From NCBI GenBank assembly GCA_964458575.1, contig CAYWMD010000030.1:6973-70972 (forward strand): a stretch of 64,000 nucleotides of DNA. The letters are read 5' to 3'. Below are positions 27,610-36,139 of the stretch, one piece after another. The position numbers and the translations under genes were made by a program. Below the pieces are notes generated by a model. It was not told the DNA's origin and searched no databases. It worked only from the letters and a program-made list of their open reading frames with translations. Origin of the DNA: an uncultured Bifidobacteriaceae bacterium. Lineage in GTDB: Bacteria; Verrucomicrobiota; Verrucomicrobiia; Limisphaerales; JADLHS01. Within the stretch, counting starts at the first letter, position 1. Each line of letters opens with the position of its first letter.

Positions 27610-28971
27610 TTAAAAGGCATGAATCACGGTCAACACAAGCCGATTTTCCGTATAATCGTCGCTGTTGACATCGGAATTTTTGAGGTACAGCTGATACGAC
27701 AGGCTGCCGGAGATGCGCCGGGTGATCTGCCGGTCAAAACTCAGGGTATAGTTGTAGTAACTGATGATTTCATCGCTTCCCCCCTTTTCCGCAATGTGCT
27801 GATAGGAGAAGTAGGTATGCAAGCCGGTCTTGAGAAACAACTGCCAGTTGATTCCATAGCGCGCGTAGTATTCCTCGCTGGTGGTCGAGTAAATGGAGGA
27901 CTGGATCTGCCGTCCCACGGAAAGCGAGTGGGCAAACCCCTTCCAAAGCTGCTGATCAAGACTCACATCGAAGTAGAAAGCATCCAAATGGCTGGAAGTG
28001 TCCGTGTCGGCCGTTGTGTCGAGGGTATAGACAACGTAGCCCGCCGCCGCGCGCAAGCTGACGTACTCGTTCAGTTCCGCCCGGACAAAAGGCCCGAGCG
28101 AGATGTGTTGGTTGTCCGGCTGGGTTGGGTCGTCGTAGTGCGTCATGCCCCCGCCCAGTTGCAGTCCGGCAAAAAGCGTCGAGCGGAGCCGCAGCGCCGC
28201 GCTGAGCGTTGCCAGGTCCGCCGACCTTCCTTGATCCGAAGACTGGCTGTCCGTCGGAACGTAAAAATCGTGGTCGTAGGTGGTCATCAAAACCAGCTTG
28301 TTCAAGTCCCATGTCACCCCCACCCCGGACGTGTTCTGAAACCGGGTCTGGCCGCTGGAGCGGTTGACGGTCGGGTCGCTGGTCACATCCTGCGAATAGG
28401 AAAAACTGCTGTGAAAATTGATGACGAAATCATTGATGAACAAATCGTAGAAAAGGTCGGAATTGGGCGCGATGTAAAGGCCGTCGTACGCAGTCGTAAA
28501 CACGGACTTCTCGTATCCCACTCCCACCGACACATTCAGTTCGTTCTTCTCCGTGACTGGCCAGACCATCGCCAGATTCAGTTGCGGCCGGAGAACCAGA
28601 TCCCTCTCAGCCTCGCTGCTGACGGTGTCATTCACATTGTCCGTCGCCGTCATGGCCAGTTGATCCGACAGCCGGAGCATGACCGGTCCCAACTTCAGGT
28701 TGTAATACTGATTGGCGGATCGCTTCCTGGCCTCCGCGGCAGCCTGTCCCGCCAGCGATGCACGCCAGGCATCCTGAGCCCGGGCATTGCTGTAACCCAC
28801 CAAAACAAATCCAAGTAAACACCCACACCATCGCCAGCCGGCCGCCGACCTCAAGCGGCTCCTGCCTGCAACGACTGCCGCCGGGGCTACCCGGGTGCGG
28901 TCACCTGCCCTCAAATGGGCATGAACCAGTTGTAACGCACAAGGGGCAGGGTTGGTTGACAACTTGATCAA
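27610..28971 (-). CDS. outer-membrane beta-barrel protein of the exopolysaccharide export locus
   Basis: Alternating beta-strand pattern with a terminal aromatic (..LTVIHAF). The track start 28971 is TTG. An in-frame TTG at 28854 would give MRSAAGWRWCGCLLGFVLVGYSNARA-QD, a cleaner signal peptide. Confidence 0.6.
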   Translation of the reverse strand: MIKLSTNPAPCALQLVHAHLRAGDRTRVAPAAVVAGRSRLRSAAGWRWCGCLLGFVLVGYSNARAQDAWRASLAGQAAAEARKRSANQYYNLKLGPVMLRLSDQLAMTATDNVNDTVSSEAERDLVLRPQLNLAMVWPVTEKNELNVSVGVGYEKSVFTTAYDGLYIAPNSDLFYDLFINDFVINFHSSFSYSQDVTSDPTVNRSSGQTRFQNTSGVGVTWDLNKLVLMTTYDHDFYVPTDSQSSDQGRSADLATLSAALRLRSTLFAGLQLGGGMTHYDDPTQPDNQHISLGPFVRAELNEYVSLRAAAGYVVYTLDTTADTDTSSHLDAFYFDVSLDQQLWKGFAHSLSVGRQIQSSIYSTTSEEYYARYGINWQLFLKTGLHTYFSYQHIAEKGGSDEIISYYNYTLSFDRQITRRISGSLSYQLYLKNSDVNSDDYTENRLVLTVIHAF

Positions 28972-29096
28972 TCTCGCCTGAGACTAATCCCCTTGGTCGG
29001 TCGGTCAAGCTAAAGACCGCCCACAAATTACGGAAGCAAAACTTCACACGCCGCCCTAACCGCAGATATGAATGCCCACTCACGACACGCCGAAAA

Positions 29097-29121
29097 GTCC
29101 GTCTCTCCGGTGGAGGCGGAC
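29097..29121 (-). terminator. candidate intrinsic terminator downstream of ilvD
   Basis: The minus strand reads GTCCG-CCTCC-ACC-GGAGAGA-CGGAC followed by TTTTCG, about 50 nt after the ilvD stop. The U-run is short, so the call is weak. Confidence 0.3.
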
Positions 29122-29171
29122 ATCTTGTCTGCCGGAGATGGCGGCTTCCCAGCCGCGTGCTGCCGCAGCGG

Positions 29172-31436
29172 TCAGACGCTCAAAATGCCGCCCTGACTGG
29201 CATTGGTGACGAGCTTCCGATAACGAGCCAGCCAACCGGTCAATTCGCGCGTCACCGGCCGCCACGTCTTTTTGCGCTCGGCCAGTTCGGCTTCAGGGAC
29301 AAGGATGTCCATCTTGCGATTGGGGAAATCAATCCGGATGCGGTCGCCGGCCTTGAGCAATCCAATCGGCCCGCCTTCCGCCGCCTCGGGTGAAACGTGG
29401 CCGATGCATGCGCCCGCCGTCCCCCCGCTGAAACGGCCATCAGTGATAAGCGCGCATTTGTCCCCCAAACCCATCCCGACGATGTAGCTGGTGGGCGAAA
29501 GCATTTCCTGCATGCCCGGCCCGCCGCGCGGACCTTCGTTGCGGATGATGACCACGTCGCCCGCCTTCACCTGGCCCGCGAGAATTCCAGCACAAGCTTC
29601 GTCCTGGCTTTCGAAAATCACGCAGGGTCCCTCAAAAACAAAAGCGGGGCCGCACGTGGCTTTGAAACCGTCGCTGATCCCCGCGGTCTTCACGACGCTG
29701 CCTTCCGGCGCGAGCTGGCCGTAGAGAATCGAGAGGCCACCGTCCGTCGAGTACGCGGTGTCCTTCGTGCGGATGCAGTCGTTCGCATCGAACATGAACG
29801 CGGAATCGTACGGCATGAGTCCCGCGGGAATCACTTCCTTGAGCGAAGCCTCGCGGTAATCGTGATAGACCTTGCTGAAGGTCCAGCCCCGCAAACGCCC
29901 CGTGCGCAAGAGCGACATCTTCTTTTTTTCGCCACCCTGGTAGTGCCAGATCACGAGCACCGGCGAACCCTTGAGACTGGCCAACTCCGCGCGGACATGC
30001 CCCTTGAATTCGGCAAGCTTGCCCTGCAGGCCGGCTGCGATTTCCACCGGCCCTTTCCACGTCAGCGATTCATTCACCTCCAACTCGGCATCCCCGGCGA
30101 ACAAACACGCAGCCGCGGCAGCGTCGCCCACGTTGAATGCCGCGGCGAAGCGCCAGAGCGTGATGGCCCGGACATCGCCCGGGAGAAAAAGCATCGGCTT
30201 CGGTGCCAGGTTGCCGCTGGCGGTGCGCGCGGCCGGACCCAGCTTGTCATTCGGATCTACCACCAGCGCTGACGAACCGGAAACGCGCGCCGCTTTCGCC
30301 CAGGCCGAGCATTTTTCCGAACGCACATCCCACTCGTCAATGTTCTCACCAAGGGTTTTGCCCGTGACGGTAATGCACGACGTATTCAAAGCCCCCATGC
30401 GCTTGAGTTCACCGAGGATCGTGTGGATGCCGCCCGCGCGGTGAACGTCCTGCACATGGTAATCCGACGACGGTGACACCTTGCACAAACACGGAATGCG
30501 GCGCGAGATGTCGTCAATGCGCTTGATGTCGTAGGCGATGCCCGCCTCGCGCGCGATGGCGAGCGTGTGGAGAATCGTATTCGTCGAGCCGCCCATCGCC
30601 ACGTCGAGCATCAACGCGTTATCGAACGCCTCGGCGGTGGCAATATCGCGCGGTTTGATGTCGCGCTTGACGAGTTGGACGATTGCGCGGGCCGCCCGGT
30701 CGTAGAGCGCTTCACGTTCCTTCGAGACGGCGAGCACCGTGCCGTTTCCGGGCAACGCCATGCCCAGCGCCTCGCACAAACAGTTCATCGAGTTTGCCGT
30801 GAACATGCCGGAGCACGAACCGCAGGTCGGACACGCGGTTTGTTCCAGCTTCTTCAACTGTTCCTCTGTAATCTTGCCAGCCTGAAGCTCGCCCACGCCC
30901 TTGAACACCGAGATTAGATCCGACTTCCCCGCCGCCGGTTGCAGGTAGGACGCGAGGTCTTCGTGTGTCGCTTTCTGCTCCGCTATGCCCGCGGCCATCG
31001 GCCCACCGCTCACGAACACCGTCGGAATATTGCAGCGCATCGTGGCCATCAACATGCCAGGAACGATCTTGTCGCAATTTGGAATGCACACCATGCCATC
31101 AAAACAATGCGCCTTGAGCATCGTCTCGACACAATCGGCGATCAGCTCGCGCGACGGGAGCGAATACAACATGCCGGAGTGACCCATGGCGATGCCGTCA
31201 TCCACGCCGATGGTGTTGAAGATGAACGGCACGCCGCCCGCCTCGCGCACGAGGCGTTTGACGAGCTGTCCAACCTCGTTCAAGTGCGCATGCCCGGGGA
31301 TGCAGTCAGTGTAGGAATTGGCGATGGCGATGAACGGCTTGTCCCAGTCGGCCTCGGATTCAATGGATCCCGTGGCGCGGAGCAACGAGCGATGCGGCGC
31401 GCGTTCAAAGCCTTTTTTGATGATGTCGGAGCGCAT
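29172..31436 (-). CDS. ilvD: dihydroxy-acid dehydratase with a ~150-aa internal insertion
   Basis: ATG verified at 31436. Motifs [58 protein letters not shown] and [10 protein letters not shown]. At 754 aa it is longer than the roughly 560-620 aa usual for IlvD. Confidence 0.9.
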   Translation of the reverse strand: MRSDIIKKGFERAPHRSLLRATGSIESEADWDKPFIAIANSYTDCIPGHAHLNEVGQLVKRLVREAGGVPFIFNTIGVDDGIAMGHSGMLYSLPSRELIADCVETMLKAHCFDGMVCIPNCDKIVPGMLMATMRCNIPTVFVSGGPMAAGIAEQKATHEDLASYLQPAAGKSDLISVFKGVGELQAGKITEEQLKKLEQTACPTCGSCSGMFTANSMNCLCEALGMALPGNGTVLAVSKEREALYDRAARAIVQLVKRDIKPRDIATAEAFDNALMLDVAMGGSTNTILHTLAIAREAGIAYDIKRIDDISRRIPCLCKVSPSSDYHVQDVHRAGGIHTILGELKRMGALNTSCITVTGKTLGENIDEWDVRSEKCSAWAKAARVSGSSALVVDPNDKLGPAARTASGNLAPKPMLFLPGDVRAITLWRFAAAFNVGDAAAAACLFAGDAELEVNESLTWKGPVEIAAGLQGKLAEFKGHVRAELASLKGSPVLVIWHYQGGEKKKMSLLRTGRLRGWTFSKVYHDYREASLKEVIPAGLMPYDSAFMFDANDCIRTKDTAYSTDGGLSILYGQLAPEGSVVKTAGISDGFKATCGPAFVFEGPCVIFESQDEACAGILAGQVKAGDVVIIRNEGPRGGPGMQEMLSPTSYIVGMGLGDKCALITDGRFSGGTAGACIGHVSPEAAEGGPIGLLKAGDRIRIDFPNRKMDILVPEAELAERKKTWRPVTRELTGWLARYRKLVTNASQGGILSV

Positions 31437-31612
31437 GATGATTTGGTCTCAATTCAGTCAATCGGTAAATAATTACGGGTGAAAACTAACAGGTGAAGTG
31501 GCACTTGTCACGCCGCGCGATACGGGGCTGAAACCGACAGCCCAGGCCGGGGTTGCCCCGGCCGCGCGAGCGCTTGACGCTGCGACCGCGGAGCCGCATT
31601 GTCCCGGCCGCT

Positions 31613-33493
31613 GTGAAAACGACTAATCACACCGCATCCGGAGTGAAGGTCCTCCTGGGCATTGACGGCGGCGGCACCCGCACGGTGGCGCTGCTGGCCG
31701 ACGAACAGGGGCGTTCCTTGCGCCGCCGCGAATTTGGCCCCGCCAACACCAAGCTGCTCACCCGCGTGCAACTCATCGCCCACTTTCGTACCATCGCGCG
31801 AGCCTTTCCGAAGCCAAGTGCGGTCGGCATCGGCGTGGCCGGCATCTGGACCGTACGCGAGGCGCACGAAGTTCGCGAAGCGGCGGCGGTTGCCTGGCCG
31901 AATGTTCCGTGCCATGCGTCCAACGATTTGGAAATCGCATTGGAAGCGGCCAAAATAAAGTCCGCATCGCGGAGGTCAGCGGGTCGCTCACCGTTGCCGC
32001 AGGTTTTGATTCTCAGCGGCACCGGCTCGTGTTGCTTCGGCAAGGATGCCAAAGGCCGGGTCGTCAAAATGGGCGGCTGGGGTCATTTGCTCGGCGACAA
32101 GGGCAGTGGCTACGAAATCGGACTGCGCGCCCTCAAGGCCGTCGTTTACTACTATGACCGCGAAGCCCAATGGCCGCCGCTCGGCCGGCAATTGCTGCGG
32201 GCGCTGCAACTCAACGAGCCAACCGAGTTGATTGATTGGATTCATTCCGCTGGGAAGACAGACATCGCGGCGCTGGCCGCCGAGGTATTTGTAGCTTGGG
32301 AACGCGGCGACAAAATCGCCGCCGATATTCTCGCGGGCGCCGCCGCCACGCTGGCGCAGGATGCCGTTCATTGCGCCGGGCAACTGGCCGCACGCAATCA
32401 GCCGGTTCAATTCGTTCTGGCCGGCGGCATCCTGCTCAAGCAGCCGCGCTTCGCCCGTGAACTCGCCCGTCGCCTGCGCAAGCTCCGGTCCAAGTGTTGT
32501 GTGACGCCCCTGCCGCGGGAAAGCGTTTGGGGCGCCATCGAATTCGCTAGGGGCTTGATGAAGAACCTGCCCCGCCGAGGCGGTCGTCTGCATGGAATGA
32601 CACGGGGCGTCTCCTCGGACCTGGAACCGAGCGCTCCCTGCATCCGGTCAACCCGCATGTCTCCAACAGAGCAGCGCAACCCGCGCTCGATGAATTTGGA
32701 TCGGCTGCCACTGGAGTCCGCGCTCAACTTGATGTGGTCTGAAGACGCGAAGACTTGTCGGGCGCTGATGGCCGTACGTCAGCCCACCGTTCGCGCGATC
32801 CAAGCCGTGGTCCGGGCGTTCAAACGCGGCGGACGGTTGTTCTACGTCGGGGCCGGCACGAGCGGTCGTCTGGGCGTGTTGGACGCGAGTGAATGCCCGG
32901 TGACGTTCAGCACATCGCCGGACCTCGTGCAGGCGATTTTGTCGGGCGGCCAGACGGCCTTGTGGCAATCGGCGGAACTGGCTGAAGATGATTCCGAAGC
33001 CGGCGCACGCGCGATCAAGTTCCGCAGCGTTTCCGGCCGCGACACGGTGGTCGGCATTGCGGCCAGCGGGACGACACCCTTCGTCTGGGGCGCATTGGCC
33101 GAAGCCAAACGGCGACACGCCACGACGGTGCTCATCGCCTTCAACCCTTATTTAGAGATTCCGCGTGCGTTGCAACCGGACATCCGCATCACCCCCAACG
33201 TCGGCCCGGAACTTCTAACGGGCTCCACGCGTTTGAAGGCCGGCACGGCCACGAAGCTGATTCTGAATGCGCTGAGCACGCTGGCGATGGTGAAGCTGGG
33301 CAAGGTCGTGAGTAACTTGATGGTGGACGTGATACCGGCCAACGCAAAGCTACGCGACCGGGCGACGCGGATTGCTCAACAATTGACCGGAGCGGAACCG
33401 GCCGCAGCACGCGTAGCCCTGGAGCAGGAGCGGTGGATTGTCAAAAAGGCAATAACGCGGCTATCCGGCTCACGACTTCCTCGACGGGCTTGA
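31613..33493 (+). CDS. murQ: fusion protein: BadF/BadG/BcrA/BcrD-type sugar kinase (GlcNAc/MurNAc kinase-like) + N-acetylmuramic acid 6-phosphate etherase
   Basis: A single open frame. The N-terminal half has GIDGGGTRT, LSGTGSCCFG and GGWGHLLGDKGSGYEIG. The C-terminal half, from MSPTEQRNPRS (ATG 32657), has GGRLFYVGAGTSGRLGVLDASECPVTF, as in MurQ. The start is uncertain: the track uses TTG 31553, and in-frame GTGs lie at 31613 and 31643. Confidence 0.8.
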   Translation: MKTTNHTASGVKVLLGIDGGGTRTVALLADEQGRSLRRREFGPANTKLLTRVQLIAHFRTIARAFPKPSAVGIGVAGIWTVREAHEVREAAAVAWPNVPCHASNDLEIALEAAKIKSASRRSAGRSPLPQVLILSGTGSCCFGKDAKGRVVKMGGWGHLLGDKGSGYEIGLRALKAVVYYYDREAQWPPLGRQLLRALQLNEPTELIDWIHSAGKTDIAALAAEVFVAWERGDKIAADILAGAAATLAQDAVHCAGQLAARNQPVQFVLAGGILLKQPRFARELARRLRKLRSKCCVTPLPRESVWGAIEFARGLMKNLPRRGGRLHGMTRGVSSDLEPSAPCIRSTRMSPTEQRNPRSMNLDRLPLESALNLMWSEDAKTCRALMAVRQPTVRAIQAVVRAFKRGGRLFYVGAGTSGRLGVLDASECPVTFSTSPDLVQAILSGGQTALWQSAELAEDDSEAGARAIKFRSVSGRDTVVGIAASGTTPFVWGALAEAKRRHATTVLIAFNPYLEIPRALQPDIRITPNVGPELLTGSTRLKAGTATKLILNALSTLAMVKLGKVVSNLMVDVIPANAKLRDRATRIAQQLTGAEPAAARVALEQERWIVKKAITRLSGSRLPRRA

Positions 33494-34067
33494 AGTAACC
33501 CTGGAGATACCAGGCCGTGACGAACCGTGCCAGACCGGTGATGATCACCAGCAGCAGTGAACTCATGAAGTACAGGCCGAATGCGTGCGGGGGGTCCGGC
33601 ATCATCACTCGCGGAACTCCCTGATAGAGCACGGACACACACAGCACAATGCCAATGGCCCAGGTCGCCCACGGACCGGGCGACGGCGGCGCATCGAGCA
33701 GGCGGAGCAGGAACAGCGGGCTTAGCCCGTAAGCAACCGTCGTGAACGCCTGCGCAAACGTATGCCGTCCGTGAAAGGTTTCACCGAGCGCCTTGATGAT
33801 TTTGGCCGCCACCAGCACCAGGACAAACGATAGCAGCGCGTTCGTGACTTCATAAACCACCGCTTCGCCGATGGTGAAGTGCTTCAGATAAGCCATGTCC
33901 TTTTGCGCCCGACCCCAACGCACCAATCCGAAGCCTTCCGCCGCGGCGCTCAACAACACCATCGGGGTCAGGTAGGCAAAAAAAACAAACGCCAGACTGC
34001 GCTGGGCTTTCACGACCCGATCCCACGCCTGCGCCGGCTCAAAAATCAGCAACAAAGCCTTAATCAT
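33441..34067 (-). CDS. Yip1-domain family integral membrane protein
   Basis: ATG verified at 34067. MIKALLLIFEPAQAWDRV followed by five hydrophobic helices fits the Yip1/DUF1282-like layout. Its 3' end overlaps the murQ 3' end by 53 nt (convergent). Confidence 0.6.
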   Translation of the reverse strand: MIKALLLIFEPAQAWDRVVKAQRSLAFVFFAYLTPMVLLSAAAEGFGLVRWGRAQKDMAYLKHFTIGEAVVYEVTNALLSFVLVLVAAKIIKALGETFHGRHTFAQAFTTVAYGLSPLFLLRLLDAPPSPGPWATWAIGIVLCVSVLYQGVPRVMMPDPPHAFGLYFMSSLLLVIITGLARFVTAWYLQGYFKPVEEVVSRIAALLPF

Positions 34068-34352
34068 GCGGGCGGCAGTGTCGCTGCGAAACCGGCGTCT
34101 GACAATGAAATACGCATCCCGCGCGATGCGACACAGCCCGAAATACTGACCGGGATGCTGAGTTGAAGTTCAAAAAAAATGCCGCCAAATCCCCTAAACG
34201 TGCGAATCGGCTAGATTGGAGAGTCAGGGTGAGCGCGGGCGTTGAAACAAACTCGCAGTCGGAGCGCGAACTTCAGGGCGCTTCAGCGGACGAAGGTGAA
34301 GGAGGCGGCGATTTCAATTCGGACGGGGAAGCGGCGGGAACGACGCGCGCGA

Positions 34353-35729
34353 CTACCGATTCAGTTGAATCGCCCTCGTTCGTCGGTTGCGGGTTTGCAT
34401 GGTCGTAATTCCTTTTTCGTCGAAACCAAGTTCGTGAAGGAAGCATACTTCCAAAAGTAGTCCTAACTGTTCGGCTTTGAGCCAAATACCCTTCCAATCT
34501 TTCTCAGCGGAATGATTTTCGGCCGTCGAATCTGGATGGGTAAGCAGATTCCGTTGGTCGGCCACATCGCTTGCGAACTGTGCTGGCTCGCCCAAAAACG
34601 GTTTCACGATGGCGATAAATTTCTCGCAGATATCCTGCACCCGCTTTCGCAGTGAAAACTCGTGCAGGTATTTCAGTTTGTTCTTCAAACTCGCTCTGAA
34701 ATCCGCATTGACGTTTGCAGGAATGGCTTCCCACAGAATTCTTTGGAGTCCTTTTCGGTATTCTTCGTCTAATTGATATTTTCCACCGACGAAAGCGCGG
34801 TGATAGGCCTCGATCGCGTGTGCCAGAGCAAGGAATCGCTGGTTCACAAACATATCGCGATGGTAAAACGTTGAGAAATAAAGGTCGCAAACTGGATTGA
34901 GCAGTTCATGTTTCTCAAAGAATCGCTGGACATAAACCGACGGGTCGGGCTGCAAATCCGCCAGACAGAACTGCATGTCGTGAGGAATCAACTTTTCCTT
35001 CTTTGTCTTTTCTGCCGAAACTCTCCTGATTATTTCAAACTCCTCGAAAATCTCCTGACCTTGAATTATTTGCTTGGGTTTATCCAGCCGAGCCGTAATT
35101 GAAAGCGCATAAACCGGCTGACAGACAGCTAACGCGACGAAGTGCTGAAATTTGTGGATTCTATCTTCGAAACAGTCATACACGGTGAGCTTTTCCGATT
35201 CCAGCGTAAAGAAACATTCTTCCGACATCTTGCAATCACCGTAGCCAGGTGACAGATGTCCCGTGAACTCCAGCGTCAGTTTCAAGTCGCCGCACGAACC
35301 GAGAGGAATATCCGACAGCATTTTCTGGCTGACGAGCCATGCTTTTTCTTTGTGTTCGACTGCAATTCCTGTCGTCCAGGCCCACTCGTGAAGATGGCTT
35401 AGTTTAGCCGTAACCTTTGCGAACTTCATCTGTTCGGGAGACTCGAAGTGTCCACCGACAACGCCGAAGTAAGAGGAAACTTCAGCCACGCGCGCACCGG
35501 GAAGGTGCATTGTTAGATTCTTTGCGTGGCAATCAAACAGGGTGATTGGCTTTCCTCTTACGGTCATTCCCCAAACCGTGAACGGATCTCTCGTCGCATC
35601 GTGAAAGAAATAATCCAGCAGGCTCAACGATGCTCCGTTGACCGGACCGTAAGTGATTTCGCCTGATAGCTGTTTCTCAGGTTCAGCCGGAAGCCACCAG
35701 AGGCCTTTGATTGTTATCGGTTCGTTCAT
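34353..35729 (-). CDS. ApeA-like protein: ApeA N-terminal domain + C-terminal HEPN (RX4H) putative RNase
   Basis: The track start 35750 is TTG; the ATG verified at 35729 gives MNEPITIKGLWWLPAEPEKQLSGEITYGP, an ApeA_NTD-like opening. The C-terminal RNLLTH (codons at 34536-34553) is a HEPN Rx4-6H motif. G+C is clearly lower than in the flanks. Confidence 0.7.
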   Translation of the reverse strand: MNEPITIKGLWWLPAEPEKQLSGEITYGPVNGASLSLLDYFFHDATRDPFTVWGMTVRGKPITLFDCHAKNLTMHLPGARVAEVSSYFGVVGGHFESPEQMKFAKVTAKLSHLHEWAWTTGIAVEHKEKAWLVSQKMLSDIPLGSCGDLKLTLEFTGHLSPGYGDCKMSEECFFTLESEKLTVYDCFEDRIHKFQHFVALAVCQPVYALSITARLDKPKQIIQGQEIFEEFEIIRRVSAEKTKKEKLIPHDMQFCLADLQPDPSVYVQRFFEKHELLNPVCDLYFSTFYHRDMFVNQRFLALAHAIEAYHRAFVGGKYQLDEEYRKGLQRILWEAIPANVNADFRASLKNKLKYLHEFSLRKRVQDICEKFIAIVKPFLGEPAQFASDVADQRNLLTHPDSTAENHSAEKDWKGIWLKAEQLGLLLEVCFLHELGFDEKGITTMQTRNRRTRAIQLNR

Positions 35730-35746
35730 TCGGGCGCAAAGCTCTT

Positions 35747-35869
35747 TCAATCCTCCGCATCACCTTCTCCTTCGCCATCACCTCCAGCAAATGATACAGG
35801 CTCGGGCCGGAGGGGTTGCCGGTGACGGCGAGCCGGACGGGATGCACCAACACGCCACCTTTCACGCCG
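35747..35869 (-). pseudogene. orphan duplicate of the gltX 3' end (copy A of a 123-bp direct repeat)
   Basis: 116 of 123 nt are identical to 36165-36287 at a constant 418-nt offset. It would encode GVLVHPVRLAVTGNPSGPSLYHLLEVMAKEKVMRRIE, against the GltX C-terminus ...MGKEKVLGRIE. No upstream gltX sequence is attached. Confidence 0.8.
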
Positions 35870-36101
35870 CTTTGGGCGCCGAAATGTCCTCGATACTCGC
35901 GATGTAAAGCAGAGAACACCGTCGCGTGAGCGAAACCATTCCCTCGGCGTCTGGATCAAGGCCGATCTCGACCGAATCCCGCAGCACCCACGCTGAATCG
36001 TGATTGGCAATGTCGTAAGCATCCCCGCTCGACATTTTGATGCGGAACGGGCGGAACGGTTTTTGATCCAGCCTTTCTTTGAGAACTTTCGCTGTGAACA
36101 T
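35862..36101 (-). CDS. small conserved hypothetical protein (79 aa)
   Basis: ATG verified at 36101. MFTAKVLKERLDQKPFRPFRIKMSSGDAYDI...LLYIASIEDI resembles a small protein family of unknown function that I recall from PVC/deltaproteobacterial genomes. It lies between the two gltX 3' repeat copies. Confidence 0.5.
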   Translation of the reverse strand: MFTAKVLKERLDQKPFRPFRIKMSSGDAYDIANHDSAWVLRDSVEIGLDPDAEGMVSLTRRCSLLYIASIEDISAPKAA

Positions 36102-36139
36102 AGTGGTTCAGTAAGGCGGCTTAGGAGCTTTGTCAAACC

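Noticed and set aside
29832-30284. Considered that the IlvD insertion might be an intein or a mis-assembled foreign gene.
   Set aside because: There are no intein block motifs (no Cys/Ser at the N-terminal splice junction and no HN plus Cys/Ser/Thr at the C-terminal end). The frame is continuous and composition matches the host gene.
33441-33493. A 53-nt convergent overlap between the murQ-fusion 3' end and the Yip1-like gene 3' end.
   Set aside because: It probably reflects a slightly extended C-terminal tail of one ORF. There is no evidence of a regulatory antisense arrangement.
35683-36136. ORFs 35747..36136 (129 aa), 35683..35919 (78 aa) and 35653..35907 (+) in the gltX-proximal islet.
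   Set aside because: They exist only because the duplicated gltX 3' fragment provides open frame. The GltX-like peptide has no N-terminal catalytic part, so it was treated as a pseudogene fragment.
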